A stretch of 54,896 bases of DNA. It comes from a virus. Lineage: Duplodnaviria > Caudoviricetes. The translations under genes were made by a program, and so were the position numbers. Shown in pieces: positions 18,616 through 29,089 of this stretch; the first letter of the stretch is position 1, and each line of letters begins with the position of its first letter. The stretch is from positions 1 through 54,896 of IMG/VR virus record IMGVR_UViG_3300002219_000827. One strand, given 5' to 3'. The notes under the pieces were generated by a model that saw only the letters and a list, made by a program, of their open reading frames with translations, ran no database searches and was not told the origin of the DNA.

Positions 18616-20516
18616 GAGGCTATGCGGTTTGTTACCTTATAAAGACACGTTATAATATTTGGCGTCGGGCAAGTAGGTGTGCACCCCATAAGACTGCGAT
18701 CTTCAGAGGTAAAGGAACTGTCTGGTGGAACTGTTAAAAGGCCGATAGTAGTTGGATAGCCATCGTATGTCGAGCAATCGTTTCCAGAGCACGAGCTTGT
18801 GCAAGTTTGCCCAGGACACATACACCCGGAGCAGCCATAAAAACATCCAACCCCAAAATATTTCCCATCGTACTTTGTATTGCCACTGATTACCGGAGTA
18901 AAAATACTGGTAGTCTGTTGCCAGCCGTAGTCATCCCACCAGACGCCGCGAGCCGACTCACCACCTTCAGTGTACCAGTATCCGCCCGGAAGCTTGACCT
19001 CTAGCGCCACCGAATGACCACCGCTGTCTTGCACCGTAATCGTGCCAGTGGCAACATAGCCATTTTCGGAACAACTACTTACCGACGTAATGGTGCCGTT
19101 ACTACTGATTTCGCCCTGGTTGAATGAGAAGCTATATGGGGAGCACCCACCAGACACTCCAACGTAATCATCAACCTGGATTGCGTCACCGTAGCCCCGA
19201 TAAAAGACGGTTGCCGACAGAGAAGGGTCAGCCGCGTATTTGATATTCGGAATCAGTTGGTAAATCTGTCGCCTAATTGACTCGATGGTGGTGGTGTCTG
19301 AAGACTCTCTCTGCATAACACAAGTAAGGGTAGTGTTTTTGGCAAAATCGGACGCTATTGCCAGTGTTCCGGTTTTGCCTACCTCGGTAACACCGTAATT
19401 TCTGGTGCCGGTAATCGCTCCATCCCATTTTGCATCCTCGGATGCTGGATTAATTAACGAAAATATGTCCGGCGGGGTTTCGCCGGGATATGTTCTCAGG
19501 GATTCGCTGGACACCTCTCTGGATTCTGAAATTGTGCCGTCACCGGCAGACTGCGAGGTGAATGTAGCCGACTGATAATCATCGGACACGACGAGATCGT
19601 ACCTAATCCCCGACTGCACAGCAACCGCCGCGAAGCCACTCCGGGAGAAAAACCACGGAACTTTGAATCTGCTCGCAACTTGCCAGGACATTCTGCGCCA
19701 ACCGCCGGGCGAGGTCTCTTCATCGTATAGGTCAACTCCCCCACCCTCGCGCACCCACGCTTCGTAATAGAACCCCCCTGTCCCGCCGTCCGGGTTTGTC
19801 TCACCCCGGTAATTGGCTCCAAGAACCGACACGGTATATATTCCGCTCAATGCCGCACCCAAAACCCTGTGTGGCGCGACAGCATACACCGCACCGTCAC
19901 GATAGATATTGGGGGTAAAAAGCGTGTAGTATGTGATGTCGCCAACTTCCTCGTCCGAAACGGTCAGTCCGTTGATGCTCAATGTCGCATCTAGCGGGAA
20001 GTGTCGAGATGGTGATCCTTTCCATGTCAGAACATCTTCCTTGGTTGTCCAATCTATATTGCCGTAGTTCTCGGCGGGATTGGGATCGTATGTCCATTCA
20101 TCGTTACTGTGCTCTATAGTCCTGGTGCCATGGTCGCCATCAATGATCGGGTATGCATAAGACCCGTTCGGCAGAGCTTCGCCTGCGGGGTTGAAACCGT
20201 TGCCGTCAACCATTCGGTGACTTTCATAAACCGTATATGGCCCAAATGCCCCCGAAACCGTCTTCGGGAAGTTTCTGTTGATAATATCTCCGGTGCGAGG
20301 ATGGAACAGGAAAGACCCACCAGTGTTTTCCTTGATGCGGATCAGGCTTTTGTCGTCCGATACAACGATGGTTATTCTGGCGTTTCCAATCTTCATCTCT
20401 GACCGGAGATCCGGTACATTCGCCAACTTCCTGGCATTGTCCAACGCATCACGACGGCGACGGGCAAATGGCAGATACTTCCCGCCTCCGTCTATTTGCT
20501 CAACGTCTGACCTCAC
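18585..20516 (-). CDS. Probable tail/receptor-binding protein with Cys-rich C-terminus
   Basis: 643 aa, Gly/Ser/Thr/aromatic-rich, located in the tail module. Confidence 0.55.
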   Translation of the reverse strand: MRSDVEQIDGGGKYLPFARRRRDALDNARKLANVPDLRSEMKIGNARITIVVSDDKSLIRIKENTGGSFLFHPRTGDIINRNFPKTVSGAFGPYTVYESHRMVDGNGFNPAGEALPNGSYAYPIIDGDHGTRTIEHSNDEWTYDPNPAENYGNIDWTTKEDVLTWKGSPSRHFPLDATLSINGLTVSDEEVGDITYYTLFTPNIYRDGAVYAVAPHRVLGAALSGIYTVSVLGANYRGETNPDGGTGGFYYEAWVREGGGVDLYDEETSPGGWRRMSWQVASRFKVPWFFSRSGFAAVAVQSGIRYDLVVSDDYQSATFTSQSAGDGTISESREVSSESLRTYPGETPPDIFSLINPASEDAKWDGAITGTRNYGVTEVGKTGTLAIASDFAKNTTLTCVMQRESSDTTTIESIRRQIYQLIPNIKYAADPSLSATVFYRGYGDAIQVDDYVGVSGGCSPYSFSFNQGEISSNGTITSVSSCSENGYVATGTITVQDSGGHSVALEVKLPGGYWYTEGGESARGVWWDDYGWQQTTSIFTPVISGNTKYDGKYFGVGCFYGCSGCMCPGQTCTSSCSGNDCSTYDGYPTTIGLLTVPPDSSFTSEDRSLMGCTPTCPTPNIITCLYKVTNRIASWTKYEWRCS

Positions 20517-21742
20517 GCGGGCACCCTTGTTTTGTTGTCAGGGACCGAGAATGTCCAGAGAGGGGTAGTATCATCGTCAGCATAAATCGTCACGGTCAAC
20601 CCGTCAGGAGAAATTACTGCCTTGTTGGTCTGCATCTGTCTTGACAGTTGCGCCTCGTCCCTTGCCTCGGTGATTATGTCGATCTGGCCCTGGGTCAGTC
20701 CCGGCACACCGGTAAGATATTGAAGGTTGTCGATAAGTCCGGCACGAACATCAGTGAGTCGTGTTAACACGGTCTGCACATCAGCGTCAGTGGCAAGCGA
20801 CGATAGCGCCGTGGTGATACCGTCTATTTCTGTGTCGAGTTGAGATAACCCATAGGTGGCATTCTGAATAGCGGACAGGATGGTTGCAATCGAGGCATTG
20901 TCAGGAGCCGTATAATCAACCGCCAGTAGAGTAGTAGTCGGAATAGCCGCAATGGAAGCGTCTAGGTTGTCTAACCGGGCGTCTGCCGCCAGAAGTGGTG
21001 CGGTGGGTATCGCGTTGACAGATGCCTGTGTTGCCGCTGTCTTTGCCGCATCATACGCGGATGCGAGGGCATACCCGGTCTTGTCCTCTACCGTCTTCGC
21101 GTTAACATCCAGCGTTGCTGAAAGGTCTTGTGCGTCAGTGGACACCATAACCTTGTTATCGCTCCCCAGGACAAAATCACGGACCTTCGCCCCCATTGTA
21201 TTAACCAGAACACCGGCGGCGGCGGTTGCCTGATTCCATATTGCGAGGATTCCGGCAGTTGACAGGCTGAACCCCGCCTTATCGGTGAGGGCCCGCGTTT
21301 CATAGGCCCACACTTGGGCGGCTGTGGCTCCGCTTGAGGGGACGGTCAATTCCCTGGTCGTATACTCCCATATCTCTTGTGCGGTTGGAGGATCGAGGCT
21401 TGATACAGCCACATCCAAGTAGTCCAGACGGGCATCGTTTGTGAGTAGCGGGTTGCTTGGTATCCCGGACACTTGGGCGTCAAGCGCGGTGGTCCCGAAA
21501 TCTATAACCTCCCCACTCGCCAGGTATGCCTCCCACGCATAAGGCGCACCGGGCGGAAGTGAGATATTCACGCTGTATATGCTCATCCCGTCTCCATGCG
21601 CCGCCTCGGCAAATGCCGAATATGTGTTTGCGTTCGCCGTATCAACCCACTGCATTGCGTTGAAATCCCAAAAGTAAAGGCTCGCATTTCGCAGTCGTGC
21701 AAGCGGAGATACTCCCGATAGGTACTCTACAAATATAATCAT
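20513..21742 (-). CDS. Probable tail fibre/virion protein with internal repeats
   Basis: Repeated (I/V)WxYxTRxLT and DARLDxLD units. Confidence 0.55.
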   Translation of the reverse strand: MIIFVEYLSGVSPLARLRNASLYFWDFNAMQWVDTANANTYSAFAEAAHGDGMSIYSVNISLPPGAPYAWEAYLASGEVIDFGTTALDAQVSGIPSNPLLTNDARLDYLDVAVSSLDPPTAQEIWEYTTRELTVPSSGATAAQVWAYETRALTDKAGFSLSTAGILAIWNQATAAAGVLVNTMGAKVRDFVLGSDNKVMVSTDAQDLSATLDVNAKTVEDKTGYALASAYDAAKTAATQASVNAIPTAPLLAADARLDNLDASIAAIPTTTLLAVDYTAPDNASIATILSAIQNATYGLSQLDTEIDGITTALSSLATDADVQTVLTRLTDVRAGLIDNLQYLTGVPGLTQGQIDIITEARDEAQLSRQMQTNKAVISPDGLTVTIYADDDTTPLWTFSVPDNKTRVPA

Positions 21743-21770
21743 TATCGAACCTCAGTGTTTTTCTGGATGT

Positions 21771-22445
21771 CTAAGCCAATGGCATACATGGTTTTGATGA
21801 GCGATAAATGACGGCGATCTCCTTGTCAGTCAGTACCGTGTTGTACCCCCGCACACTACCTACCATTCCAGGAAAATGACTTCCCACCACTGTCCCCTTT
21901 TCGGCACCGATATAAACGGCGGCACCAGTGGAGCCTGGTATTTGCGCCCCCGACAATGTTATTGAGTTAACACGCGTTCCGTTTATGTACTCGATAAACG
22001 TCTGATCTGCGGCGTAGGTGTACGCGAACTGATACCATGTGTCAGCTATTATGCCCGCCGTGTAATATCCGATACCGCTGTAACCAAGATTTGAAGTTAA
22101 CAACGCTACTTCGCTTCCGGTTTTTTTTTGGGCTCCAAGGATTATGCCACTATTGCGCGCTGAGAACCCCAGGACTGCGAGTGCCTTCCAATCAGCTATT
22201 CCTGACAGTTGGCTCGCTGTTGGTGTCTTGAATCGTGCGATTATTGTCATCGGTTTCTGAAAATTGGTAATCGCAGTTGTCACATATTGGCCCGATCCGT
22301 CCAGTATGATTCCGCCAGGATTGGTCCCGTATGATGGCGAACCTACTGCGGTACCGTTTTTGCTGGAATCGGACCAGTTGTTGCAGTTGCCCTTGAAGTT
22401 GAACCGAAACAATAAATTCCCTGGTTTAATTATCAATCCGTCCAT
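21771..22445 (-). CDS. LamG/concanavalin A-like lectin domain protein
   Basis: LDGSGQYV, WYQFAYTY, YING, YIGA, FPGMVGSVRGYNTVLT pattern. Confidence 0.75.
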   Translation of the reverse strand: MDGLIIKPGNLLFRFNFKGNCNNWSDSSKNGTAVGSPSYGTNPGGIILDGSGQYVTTAITNFQKPMTIIARFKTPTASQLSGIADWKALAVLGFSARNSGIILGAQKKTGSEVALLTSNLGYSGIGYYTAGIIADTWYQFAYTYAADQTFIEYINGTRVNSITLSGAQIPGSTGAAVYIGAEKGTVVGSHFPGMVGSVRGYNTVLTDKEIAVIYRSSKPCMPLA

Positions 22446-23173
22446 TATTCGTACACCGTTATGCCCATCACTTTTGCGGACGCCACACTGGTATCTGTGC
22501 CGGTCTTCCTGATTAACCTACCAACCCATAGCTGACCGGCTGATATGGAGGCATCAGCGGTTATTGTGATAGTAACCGTTCTTCTGTATGACGCGCTTTC
22601 ACTCGCCCCTATCGTGTGGGTAGCAGACGAATAGCCAGTGCTGGTGGTTGGTGGTGCCAGATTGACGGTGGCACCAGTGTTCATTTCGATGAGGCCAACA
22701 CCAAAAATGACTGTATGCCCCTCTGTTAGCGTCCCGGTGAGGTAGAAATCTACGTCTATTTTGATGTCTGCTGAACCGGAATATTGCGATGTGAACTTCG
22801 AGGGGAGACAGAAAAACGCATTCAACTCAGTCGCGCCATCCGCATAATCGAGCACATTCATATCGAGGTTCGTGCCGTCCATGGTGGTGAATGCTGGTTC
22901 CGCAGAGGCACCTATCAGGTTAAAACTGCCAGGCAATAAGCCTACATTGAGCGATACTCCTGCACCACCTGACTGGTCAACCCACGATCTCGTACCGTCA
23001 GTTGTGGAACTGAGCACCTGCCCATTAGTGCTTGGGTTGCCAAGGGGAGGCTCACTATCACCTCCAGCGTCAACAAATTCCCATGCGTCGGCGCTCCGGC
23101 CCAAAACTTTGCCATTTGCGCTAGAACCGAGTAACGCCCTTATGTCCAGTAGCCATTTTGGCAGAAAACCCAT
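22445..23173 (-). CDS. Probable tail fibre-like protein
   Basis: NGQVLSSTTDGTRSWV knuckle-like motif, beta-rich C-terminus. Confidence 0.5.
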   Translation of the reverse strand: MGFLPKWLLDIRALLGSSANGKVLGRSADAWEFVDAGGDSEPPLGNPSTNGQVLSSTTDGTRSWVDQSGGAGVSLNVGLLPGSFNLIGASAEPAFTTMDGTNLDMNVLDYADGATELNAFFCLPSKFTSQYSGSADIKIDVDFYLTGTLTEGHTVIFGVGLIEMNTGATVNLAPPTTSTGYSSATHTIGASESASYRRTVTITITADASISAGQLWVGRLIRKTGTDTSVASAKVMGITVYE

Positions 23174-23174
23174 A

Positions 23175-23723
23175 TCAATAATCCTTTACGTTCTTAATGT
23201 CATCATCGGACACCGTGAAAGACTTGGTGAAGTATACCCTCCCGGTCGCGGCATACTTCACTCGGACAGTGACATCAGCACCCTTGTCCGGTGTGAGTGT
23301 GAACCCGCCGTTAACATCCACCGTCGCCGTTCTTTCGACAGGCTCCAACACCACTCCGCCGACCAACTGGTCCTGCCCGATTGCCATAGTGACAATATCG
23401 CCAGCCGACCAGCCCGCCGCACCGAACTCCTTGACGTTGCCGACGAGGGTTTGCAATGCGGGGTTGTCCTGTTTCGGTGGGAGCAACGCGCCGAAGGGAC
23501 TGAATACGCCCCCCGCAGTCTTTGTTTTGATGAGTTGGTACTTGTCCGTCTCTGCCGTAGCTTCTTCCCAGGTATACACCCCGTCAACTGCCGTGAGATT
23601 CGCAATGGACTCTTCGGCAATTTGTGTGAAGCCAGACCCATCATCGGACTGATACCAAACAGCCGTTACCGCTTCGTCCTGACCGGGACCAGCACCAGGG
23701 ACAGTGAACTCTATGCTTGCCAT
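23175..23723 (-). CDS. Hypothetical virion protein (start MASIEF)
   Basis: AGGAG RBS before the ATG at 23723. Confidence 0.55.
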   Translation of the reverse strand: MASIEFTVPGAGPGQDEAVTAVWYQSDDGSGFTQIAEESIANLTAVDGVYTWEEATAETDKYQLIKTKTAGGVFSPFGALLPPKQDNPALQTLVGNVKEFGAAGWSAGDIVTMAIGQDQLVGGVVLEPVERTATVDVNGGFTLTPDKGADVTVRVKYAATGRVYFTKSFTVSDDDIKNVKDY

Positions 23724-23851
23724 GTTAACTCCTGTACCTCTGGCGGTGTTGGCGCGTATGAAAGGCTTTGGACATCCGGCGACGGATTGCCGGACACAGT
23801 GACAAACCCGCCTTCTCCAAGCCAATCAGGTAAAATACCCATAACGCCTCC

Positions 23852-25015
23852 CTACTGTTCGCTGATTTGCAGAGTGCTCACCATGTTTCCAAGTGACACT
23901 ATCAAACCCTTGTAGTATTCTGCCTGCTGTGCCGCCGCGTGGACCCTTACCGTGTTTTCTGAAACCAACTGCTGAATGTTTGCCTTGCCGCGATCCGTTA
24001 GTTGGTCGGCTGTTTTGGCCCACTTCTCAAGTTGCGACTTGGTTTCGGCAAGAGCGGCACTCAAAAGGTGTTCGTTCGATTTCATTCCGACATCAGCTTT
24101 CGCCATCTCCAGCGCCGTTTCTGCCCGGACCCGCACCTCTTCGCCCTGCATTTCCACCTTGTATTTTTCAAGGAGGATACCGCTCTCGGTGACAGCCTTG
24201 GTCTTCAACAGATCGTAATCGCCAAGGAGCTTCCTGATTTCCGCTTCAACGCGGGAAACCTCGGCAGAGACCTCTGTTTTGAACTTGTCAAGAATGAGAC
24301 CCTGGAGAGAGTAGTACAACCGCCACACCTCTGCCGCCAGGTTGCTCTTGATCTGCGTTAACTGGACACCGGCATTAAGTCCATTCATTGCGGTTTGATG
24401 TGCTCGCTCGGTCATCAGTGCAACTATCTCTCGGTTGCGGTTTGAGTAATCGTCCTGATACTTCTTGGTAATCTCGTTCTCTGCGGCCAGGGTGATGGAC
24501 GTTGGAAAAGGAAACCCGCTCAAGGAATCAGATGACCTAACTCTAAGTAGTGCGTCATCCAGTATTTGAAGATCCCGCTCTCTCATGTTGTTCATGAGGG
24601 CAGTCTGTACCGCATCACTGATGCCAGGACCACCACCGTCAATGAACGCCAGCACTTTTACCGCAAGAGCCTCTATCTCACCTGACACCGTAGACGGGTC
24701 GAACGAGCCAGGGTCGAACCCTGTCAAGGTTGGCTTGACAAATGGGCTTACCGTTCCTGGTGTGCCAAGGTCTGAAAACTGAAGCGTCGGTGCTGTTGCC
24801 GGGGAGAATGGCACGATGTTACCTAGTGCCACGTTTGCGGGAGTATAGTTCACCATGGCGGTTGATGGGTCATAGGCGGGAAGGGGGTTGAAGGTGAAGA
24901 AGTCAACGTATCCTTCCGCAATATTCTCCAGGTCGCCCGCCGCTGTGCCTGCCGCAGTCATTACGGTGTCGAGCTTGCCTTGAACGTAGGTGGTAAATGC
25001 GTCAATATCTGCCAT
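23852..25015 (-). CDS. Hypothetical helical virion protein (387 aa)
   Basis: Long ORF after the nozzle gene; coiled-coil C-terminal half. Confidence 0.6.
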   Translation of the reverse strand: MADIDAFTTYVQGKLDTVMTAAGTAAGDLENIAEGYVDFFTFNPLPAYDPSTAMVNYTPANVALGNIVPFSPATAPTLQFSDLGTPGTVSPFVKPTLTGFDPGSFDPSTVSGEIEALAVKVLAFIDGGGPGISDAVQTALMNNMRERDLQILDDALLRVRSSDSLSGFPFPTSITLAAENEITKKYQDDYSNRNREIVALMTERAHQTAMNGLNAGVQLTQIKSNLAAEVWRLYYSLQGLILDKFKTEVSAEVSRVEAEIRKLLGDYDLLKTKAVTESGILLEKYKVEMQGEEVRVRAETALEMAKADVGMKSNEHLLSAALAETKSQLEKWAKTADQLTDRGKANIQQLVSENTVRVHAAAQQAEYYKGLIVSLGNMVSTLQISEQ

Positions 25016-25018
25016 GCG

Positions 25019-26413
25019 CTACCTCACTCTCTTATTAGTCGGCAATATCCCCAGCTCAACCTGCTGCAGGTAGAAGTCGCACCCATCCACGTTCTTCCAG
25101 CCGATCTGAGCTTGTCCACCTTTTACACCCTTTGCCAACTTCCGGAGCTTTCGGTGTATCCCTTCCGTTCCCTCGCCCCAGGAAACCGGGTAGGTGATCG
25201 GCGCCTTTTCATCCACCGCCAGGGAAAATTCCATCTCCCCTTCACAGCGCAGTGACAAATGGACCTCGGGAAAGAACATCTCCGTATTGCTACCGCAATT
25301 CGATATCCCACTCAAGCCGCTTGCCTGAATCTCCGCACCATCGTCATTCTTCCCGGTAAACTCAAAGATCCCGTTTGCATTACAACCAAAATACCGCCCC
25401 TTATGACAGACAACAGCGCGGAAATCATACCCTTCGTAACGAGCAGCCCCTTGGGTCTTGGTATTCACCACCTCACCATGAATAACCCCGGCAGCAGTCC
25501 GCAGCACCGCCAGGTAATGCCTACCCGTGGCTCCCTCACGCAACACCGCCGTCCCGGCCGCGAACACCCCGGGCCGCACCCGCTCCTCAGTAACGTTCAG
25601 CAAAACCCCATCATTCAACCCGTAGCAGTAACCCATGGGCGTTGAGAACATCACCAGGTTGCCATCAACCTTCTCCAAACCGGTTTTCTCCGCCTTCATC
25701 CGGATAGCGGTACCCTTGATAGCCGGGTAATCAGCAACCTTCCGCACATTCCTCGGCTGGCTCCATTCAAGCTGGTTACCACCTGCCAGGAAGTATATCT
25801 TCTTGTCAGTGGACAGATACACCCCGTTATCCACCGGAGCGATCATCAGGATCGTTCCGCCAAAAGGAAAGCGGCACAACCGCGAATCCATATAATCCAC
25901 GCTATCAGGATCCGTGACGCACAACTCACTCCCCACACCCACCAGCAGCTTGCGGTAAAACTCCGCCATCACCTGCCCAGCAGGCGTAGCAACCTTGAAT
26001 TCTTCCGTTGTAGCCGTCAGGCCATAGTCCGCACCCTCGTAAACCTTACGGAGAATGGTTTCATCGGAGTACATCACCAGCCCGTTCACGTCACAGAAAT
26101 TAGCGTCGACATCTGGATCCAGCGAGAGATTCAGAAACGTCGAGGAAAAATTATCCGGATTGAACCGCTTCAGCGCCGGGCCCTCCTGGAACAGGATGAT
26201 GTCATCATTGGCCCACATGGTCCGCACATCGCCGTCGTACCGCTGCAGGTACCCCGGTCGCAGCGAACAGCCGCCGTTGTTGTCAGGATCCGCATTGACC
26301 AAATCCACCAGCTCGGTAAAGATAACCGCCCGGATCTTCGGTACCTGGGCGCCAACGTCGAGGGGATTGTCGACGTTGTTTCTGCCGTAGGCTTTATAGG
26401 TTACGATTGGCAT
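25019..26413 (-). CDS. Probable tail nozzle (tail tubular protein B-like)
   Basis: LVNADPDNNGGCSLRPGY N-terminal motif, beta-propeller-like; follows the adaptor. Confidence 0.55.
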   Translation of the reverse strand: MPIVTYKAYGRNNVDNPLDVGAQVPKIRAVIFTELVDLVNADPDNNGGCSLRPGYLQRYDGDVRTMWANDDIILFQEGPALKRFNPDNFSSTFLNLSLDPDVDANFCDVNGLVMYSDETILRKVYEGADYGLTATTEEFKVATPAGQVMAEFYRKLLVGVGSELCVTDPDSVDYMDSRLCRFPFGGTILMIAPVDNGVYLSTDKKIYFLAGGNQLEWSQPRNVRKVADYPAIKGTAIRMKAEKTGLEKVDGNLVMFSTPMGYCYGLNDGVLLNVTEERVRPGVFAAGTAVLREGATGRHYLAVLRTAAGVIHGEVVNTKTQGAARYEGYDFRAVVCHKGRYFGCNANGIFEFTGKNDDGAEIQASGLSGISNCGSNTEMFFPEVHLSLRCEGEMEFSLAVDEKAPITYPVSWGEGTEGIHRKLRKLAKGVKGGQAQIGWKNVDGCDFYLQQVELGILPTNKRVR

Positions 26414-26416
26414 GTT

Positions 26417-27094
26417 CTACCTCAAGTGTCCGTCGTAAGAATCATACGGCAGATTCATTTCGTCAAAGACCTCATTTATCGCGGAAGATTTCGTGCCGAA
26501 TTCCTGTTCGAACAAGGCGAGATGCACATTGGCCCGGTTCTTGTCGAACAGCTCTGAATTCGTATTATTATAGACCTTGTGCTTCATCCAGAGAACCAGG
26601 GAGCGATGATAGCTGACTGGTATCTCCGGAACGTCTGCAGCCTTGGCCATGGGGTTCAGAGGTAATCTCGCAACCGTCAAGATCAAGGTGTCTGTCGCTG
26701 TCGGAATTTTGTCCAGCCTGATTTTCCGGGATTCCATGCCGGTTACTATCGCCTCGGCGATTCCGGTCCTGGTTTCCCATCCCGGACGCCTCTCGTCCAA
26801 CTCCCAGTAGACAAACTTACCCAGCGGCTTCGTGCGGCTCGCCAGTTTTATTCTGCGAATGGAAATGATCCTCGGGTCATAGGCATAGACAGCGGTACCG
26901 ACAGCTACCGCAATACGACACAGTTCCACGATATCAGAGTCAACAAGTAGTTTCGCCCGCCTGCACGCTTCCTCTTCCGCCTCATTGGCATAGAGTAGCG
27001 ACTGCCATGGCTCGATACGGGATGCTCCTTGACCTACGCCGACTTCATCATCGATTTCCTTCCGCATCAGCTGATCGATTTCGCCAAAGTTCAT
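26417..27094 (-). CDS. Head-tail adaptor (tail tubular protein A-like)
   Basis: YANEAEEEACRRA and PEIPVSYHRSLVLW motifs; position in module. Confidence 0.65.
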   Translation of the reverse strand: MNFGEIDQLMRKEIDDEVGVGQGASRIEPWQSLLYANEAEEEACRRAKLLVDSDIVELCRIAVAVGTAVYAYDPRIISIRRIKLASRTKPLGKFVYWELDERRPGWETRTGIAEAIVTGMESRKIRLDKIPTATDTLILTVARLPLNPMAKAADVPEIPVSYHRSLVLWMKHKVYNNTNSELFDKNRANVHLALFEQEFGTKSSAINEVFDEMNLPYDSYDGHLR

Positions 27095-28656
27095 CTTTTC
27101 CTCCAGTTACGATAGACCTTCATCACCGCCTCGCCGACATCGTAGGGAGAAATATTCACGGCACACCTGGCCGCTCCGGTCGCTTCATCGGTTTGACAAA
27201 ATTCGGGACCATAATGCAGCTGGTGGCAAGGGTGACAATCGCAGTCTCCTGGCGTAAAGGACTGGACATTGACCCAGTGTTTCGACAAGTTGTTTGCCGA
27301 AGAGTGCGACAGGAACAAAATCTTGTGCGGAGACTTGTCCATTCCCACCGCATTCAGCACCCCGGTTTCCGGACCGATAACCAGATCCACGGCACGGGCC
27401 AGTGCCAACGTGTCACGAATAGACATCTTTCCCGACAGGAGATGCACACGAGGCTCTTCTTCCCAGCCCTGTTCCAGCAAGCGGCAGGCATCATCACCCA
27501 CCAGATATATTTGGGCTTCCGGTATCTCCACCAGGATCCGCGCAATCACCGCATCCTGGTGAGGGTAGAATTTATGAATACTGGACCCGGCCAGCGCCCA
27601 GAGAATAGTAAAGGTAGGTTCGTTGTCAGCTGCTTGCATTTTGATAAGTCCGCGGGCGTTCGATGTCTCATCAACAGTGGGATAGAACAGCTGACACGGC
27701 CTGAACGGCACTCCGGCCAACTCTGCCGTCCACTCGTGATAGTTCGTGTTCATGCGCTTCTTGCGAACATCATGTGGCCAGGAGTGATTCGTTCTCCCGG
27801 GGAGCGCCAGCAGGTTTCCTTCAATCGATTCCGAGAGGTTGATAAATCGATCGAACCGTCTCGCCTGTACTCGCCAGAATGCCGACAATTCATTATTCGG
27901 TATTTGGTCCTGATCCAGCAAAAACCACTCGTCCACGTCCGGATCGTGCCGGATAACATCCATCCCCTTCGGCGTCGTCATCACCGTTACGTGGTAGTCC
28001 AGATCTTTCAGTCGCGGGAAAACAATTGCCGCCTGGAGCATATCGCCGAAGCCGCCGAAGCGGCAAACGCAGGCGGTCTTGCGCTCAGGTCTAACAGACT
28101 GGATTATTTTGGGCCGGTTTACAGGCGGTTTCTGACAATCCCAGGCAACCTTCTGTAATACCACGAATATGCTGTATTCATCTGTTCGTGAACGTTCTTC
28201 AAATTCAACCAATGTCCAAAAGTAGGGGACTTTATCGAATAACCCTTCAATCTCTTCCGGATAGATATCATGCTTATGGTCAGGATTCGCCCCTGGCTCC
28301 CCGCACTTCGGATAGAGATTCGCCGAGGGGACATACAAGATCAAGTAGCCCCCCGGCCTAATTACCCGTCCCCACTCGGACAAGGCAGCCTCCATATCCT
28401 CCATGTGTTCCAGTACGTGGCTGGAGAACACAAAATCCATGGCTTCATCGGCAAACATCGACAGATCATCCGCCTGCCCTACAATGTCGGCGGCACCTTT
28501 ACCAAAGTGGTGTCCGTTGTCGATACCGATGAAATGAGGAAATGCCTTTTCCATCCCGCAACCAATCTCAAGGCCCCGGCCCCGAGTGTAACGGGGAAGC
28601 AGGTACTTGATCTTGCGAGACTCGAATCCGCGTGAAGTTTCAGGGGTCCAGGTCAT
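27091..28656 (-). CDS. SAM-dependent methyltransferase fused to GT9 (heptosyltransferase-like) glycosyltransferase
   Basis: GLEIGCG, DFVFSSHVLEH, RPGGYL (MTase); RFGGFGDML, DLVIGPETGVLNA, CDCHPCH (GT9). Confidence 0.8.
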   Translation of the reverse strand: MTWTPETSRGFESRKIKYLLPRYTRGRGLEIGCGMEKAFPHFIGIDNGHHFGKGAADIVGQADDLSMFADEAMDFVFSSHVLEHMEDMEAALSEWGRVIRPGGYLILYVPSANLYPKCGEPGANPDHKHDIYPEEIEGLFDKVPYFWTLVEFEERSRTDEYSIFVVLQKVAWDCQKPPVNRPKIIQSVRPERKTACVCRFGGFGDMLQAAIVFPRLKDLDYHVTVMTTPKGMDVIRHDPDVDEWFLLDQDQIPNNELSAFWRVQARRFDRFINLSESIEGNLLALPGRTNHSWPHDVRKKRMNTNYHEWTAELAGVPFRPCQLFYPTVDETSNARGLIKMQAADNEPTFTILWALAGSSIHKFYPHQDAVIARILVEIPEAQIYLVGDDACRLLEQGWEEEPRVHLLSGKMSIRDTLALARAVDLVIGPETGVLNAVGMDKSPHKILFLSHSSANNLSKHWVNVQSFTPGDCDCHPCHQLHYGPEFCQTDEATGAARCAVNISPYDVGEAVMKVYRNWRKR

Positions 28657-29000
28657 TGTTTTAACGTCCTCCCGCCACGGGCTTTACCGGTGGAACTTCC
28701 ACTGGCACTTCCACCATGCTCGAACAGATTCCCCGGCTCTTGAACAACAACTACTTCTTCACGGGGACTCAGCGCTCCGGGTTCTTCTCCAAACACCCGC
28801 CATCTCATTTCCCAAGGGTGATCTGATCCGTACTCTCTCTGTGGAATCGATATCTGTTCCTGAACCGTTGGCGTTGATATCTTCGGTACCATCTCAAGCC
28901 CGTCAGGTCCGAAATTGATACCGTTCTGCTCGAACCTGTGACCGTTAGCACTCGGCCCAAAAATTTCAGCAAACGGCTTTGACCTATCAAGTTTTTTCAA
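28653..29000 (-). CDS. Hypothetical protein
   Basis: LDRSKPF...FEQNG motif; GGAGG RBS. Confidence 0.55.
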   Translation of the reverse strand: MKKLDRSKPFAEIFGPSANGHRFEQNGINFGPDGLEMVPKISTPTVQEQISIPQREYGSDHPWEMRWRVFGEEPGALSPREEVVVVQEPGNLFEHGGSASGSSTGKARGGRTLKQ

Positions 29001-29039
29001 GAGAAACCCTCCCTTTCAATACACATGGTTTATCAGCCG

Positions 29040-29070
29040 AAAGGCGGGAATCCGGAGACTCCCGCCTTTC
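29040..29070 (-). terminator. Hairpin/terminator after the capsid genes
   Basis: AAAGGCGGGA...TCCCGCCTTT inverted repeat. Confidence 0.5.
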
Positions 29071-29089
29071 CTGATCTTCTGCCGTGATA

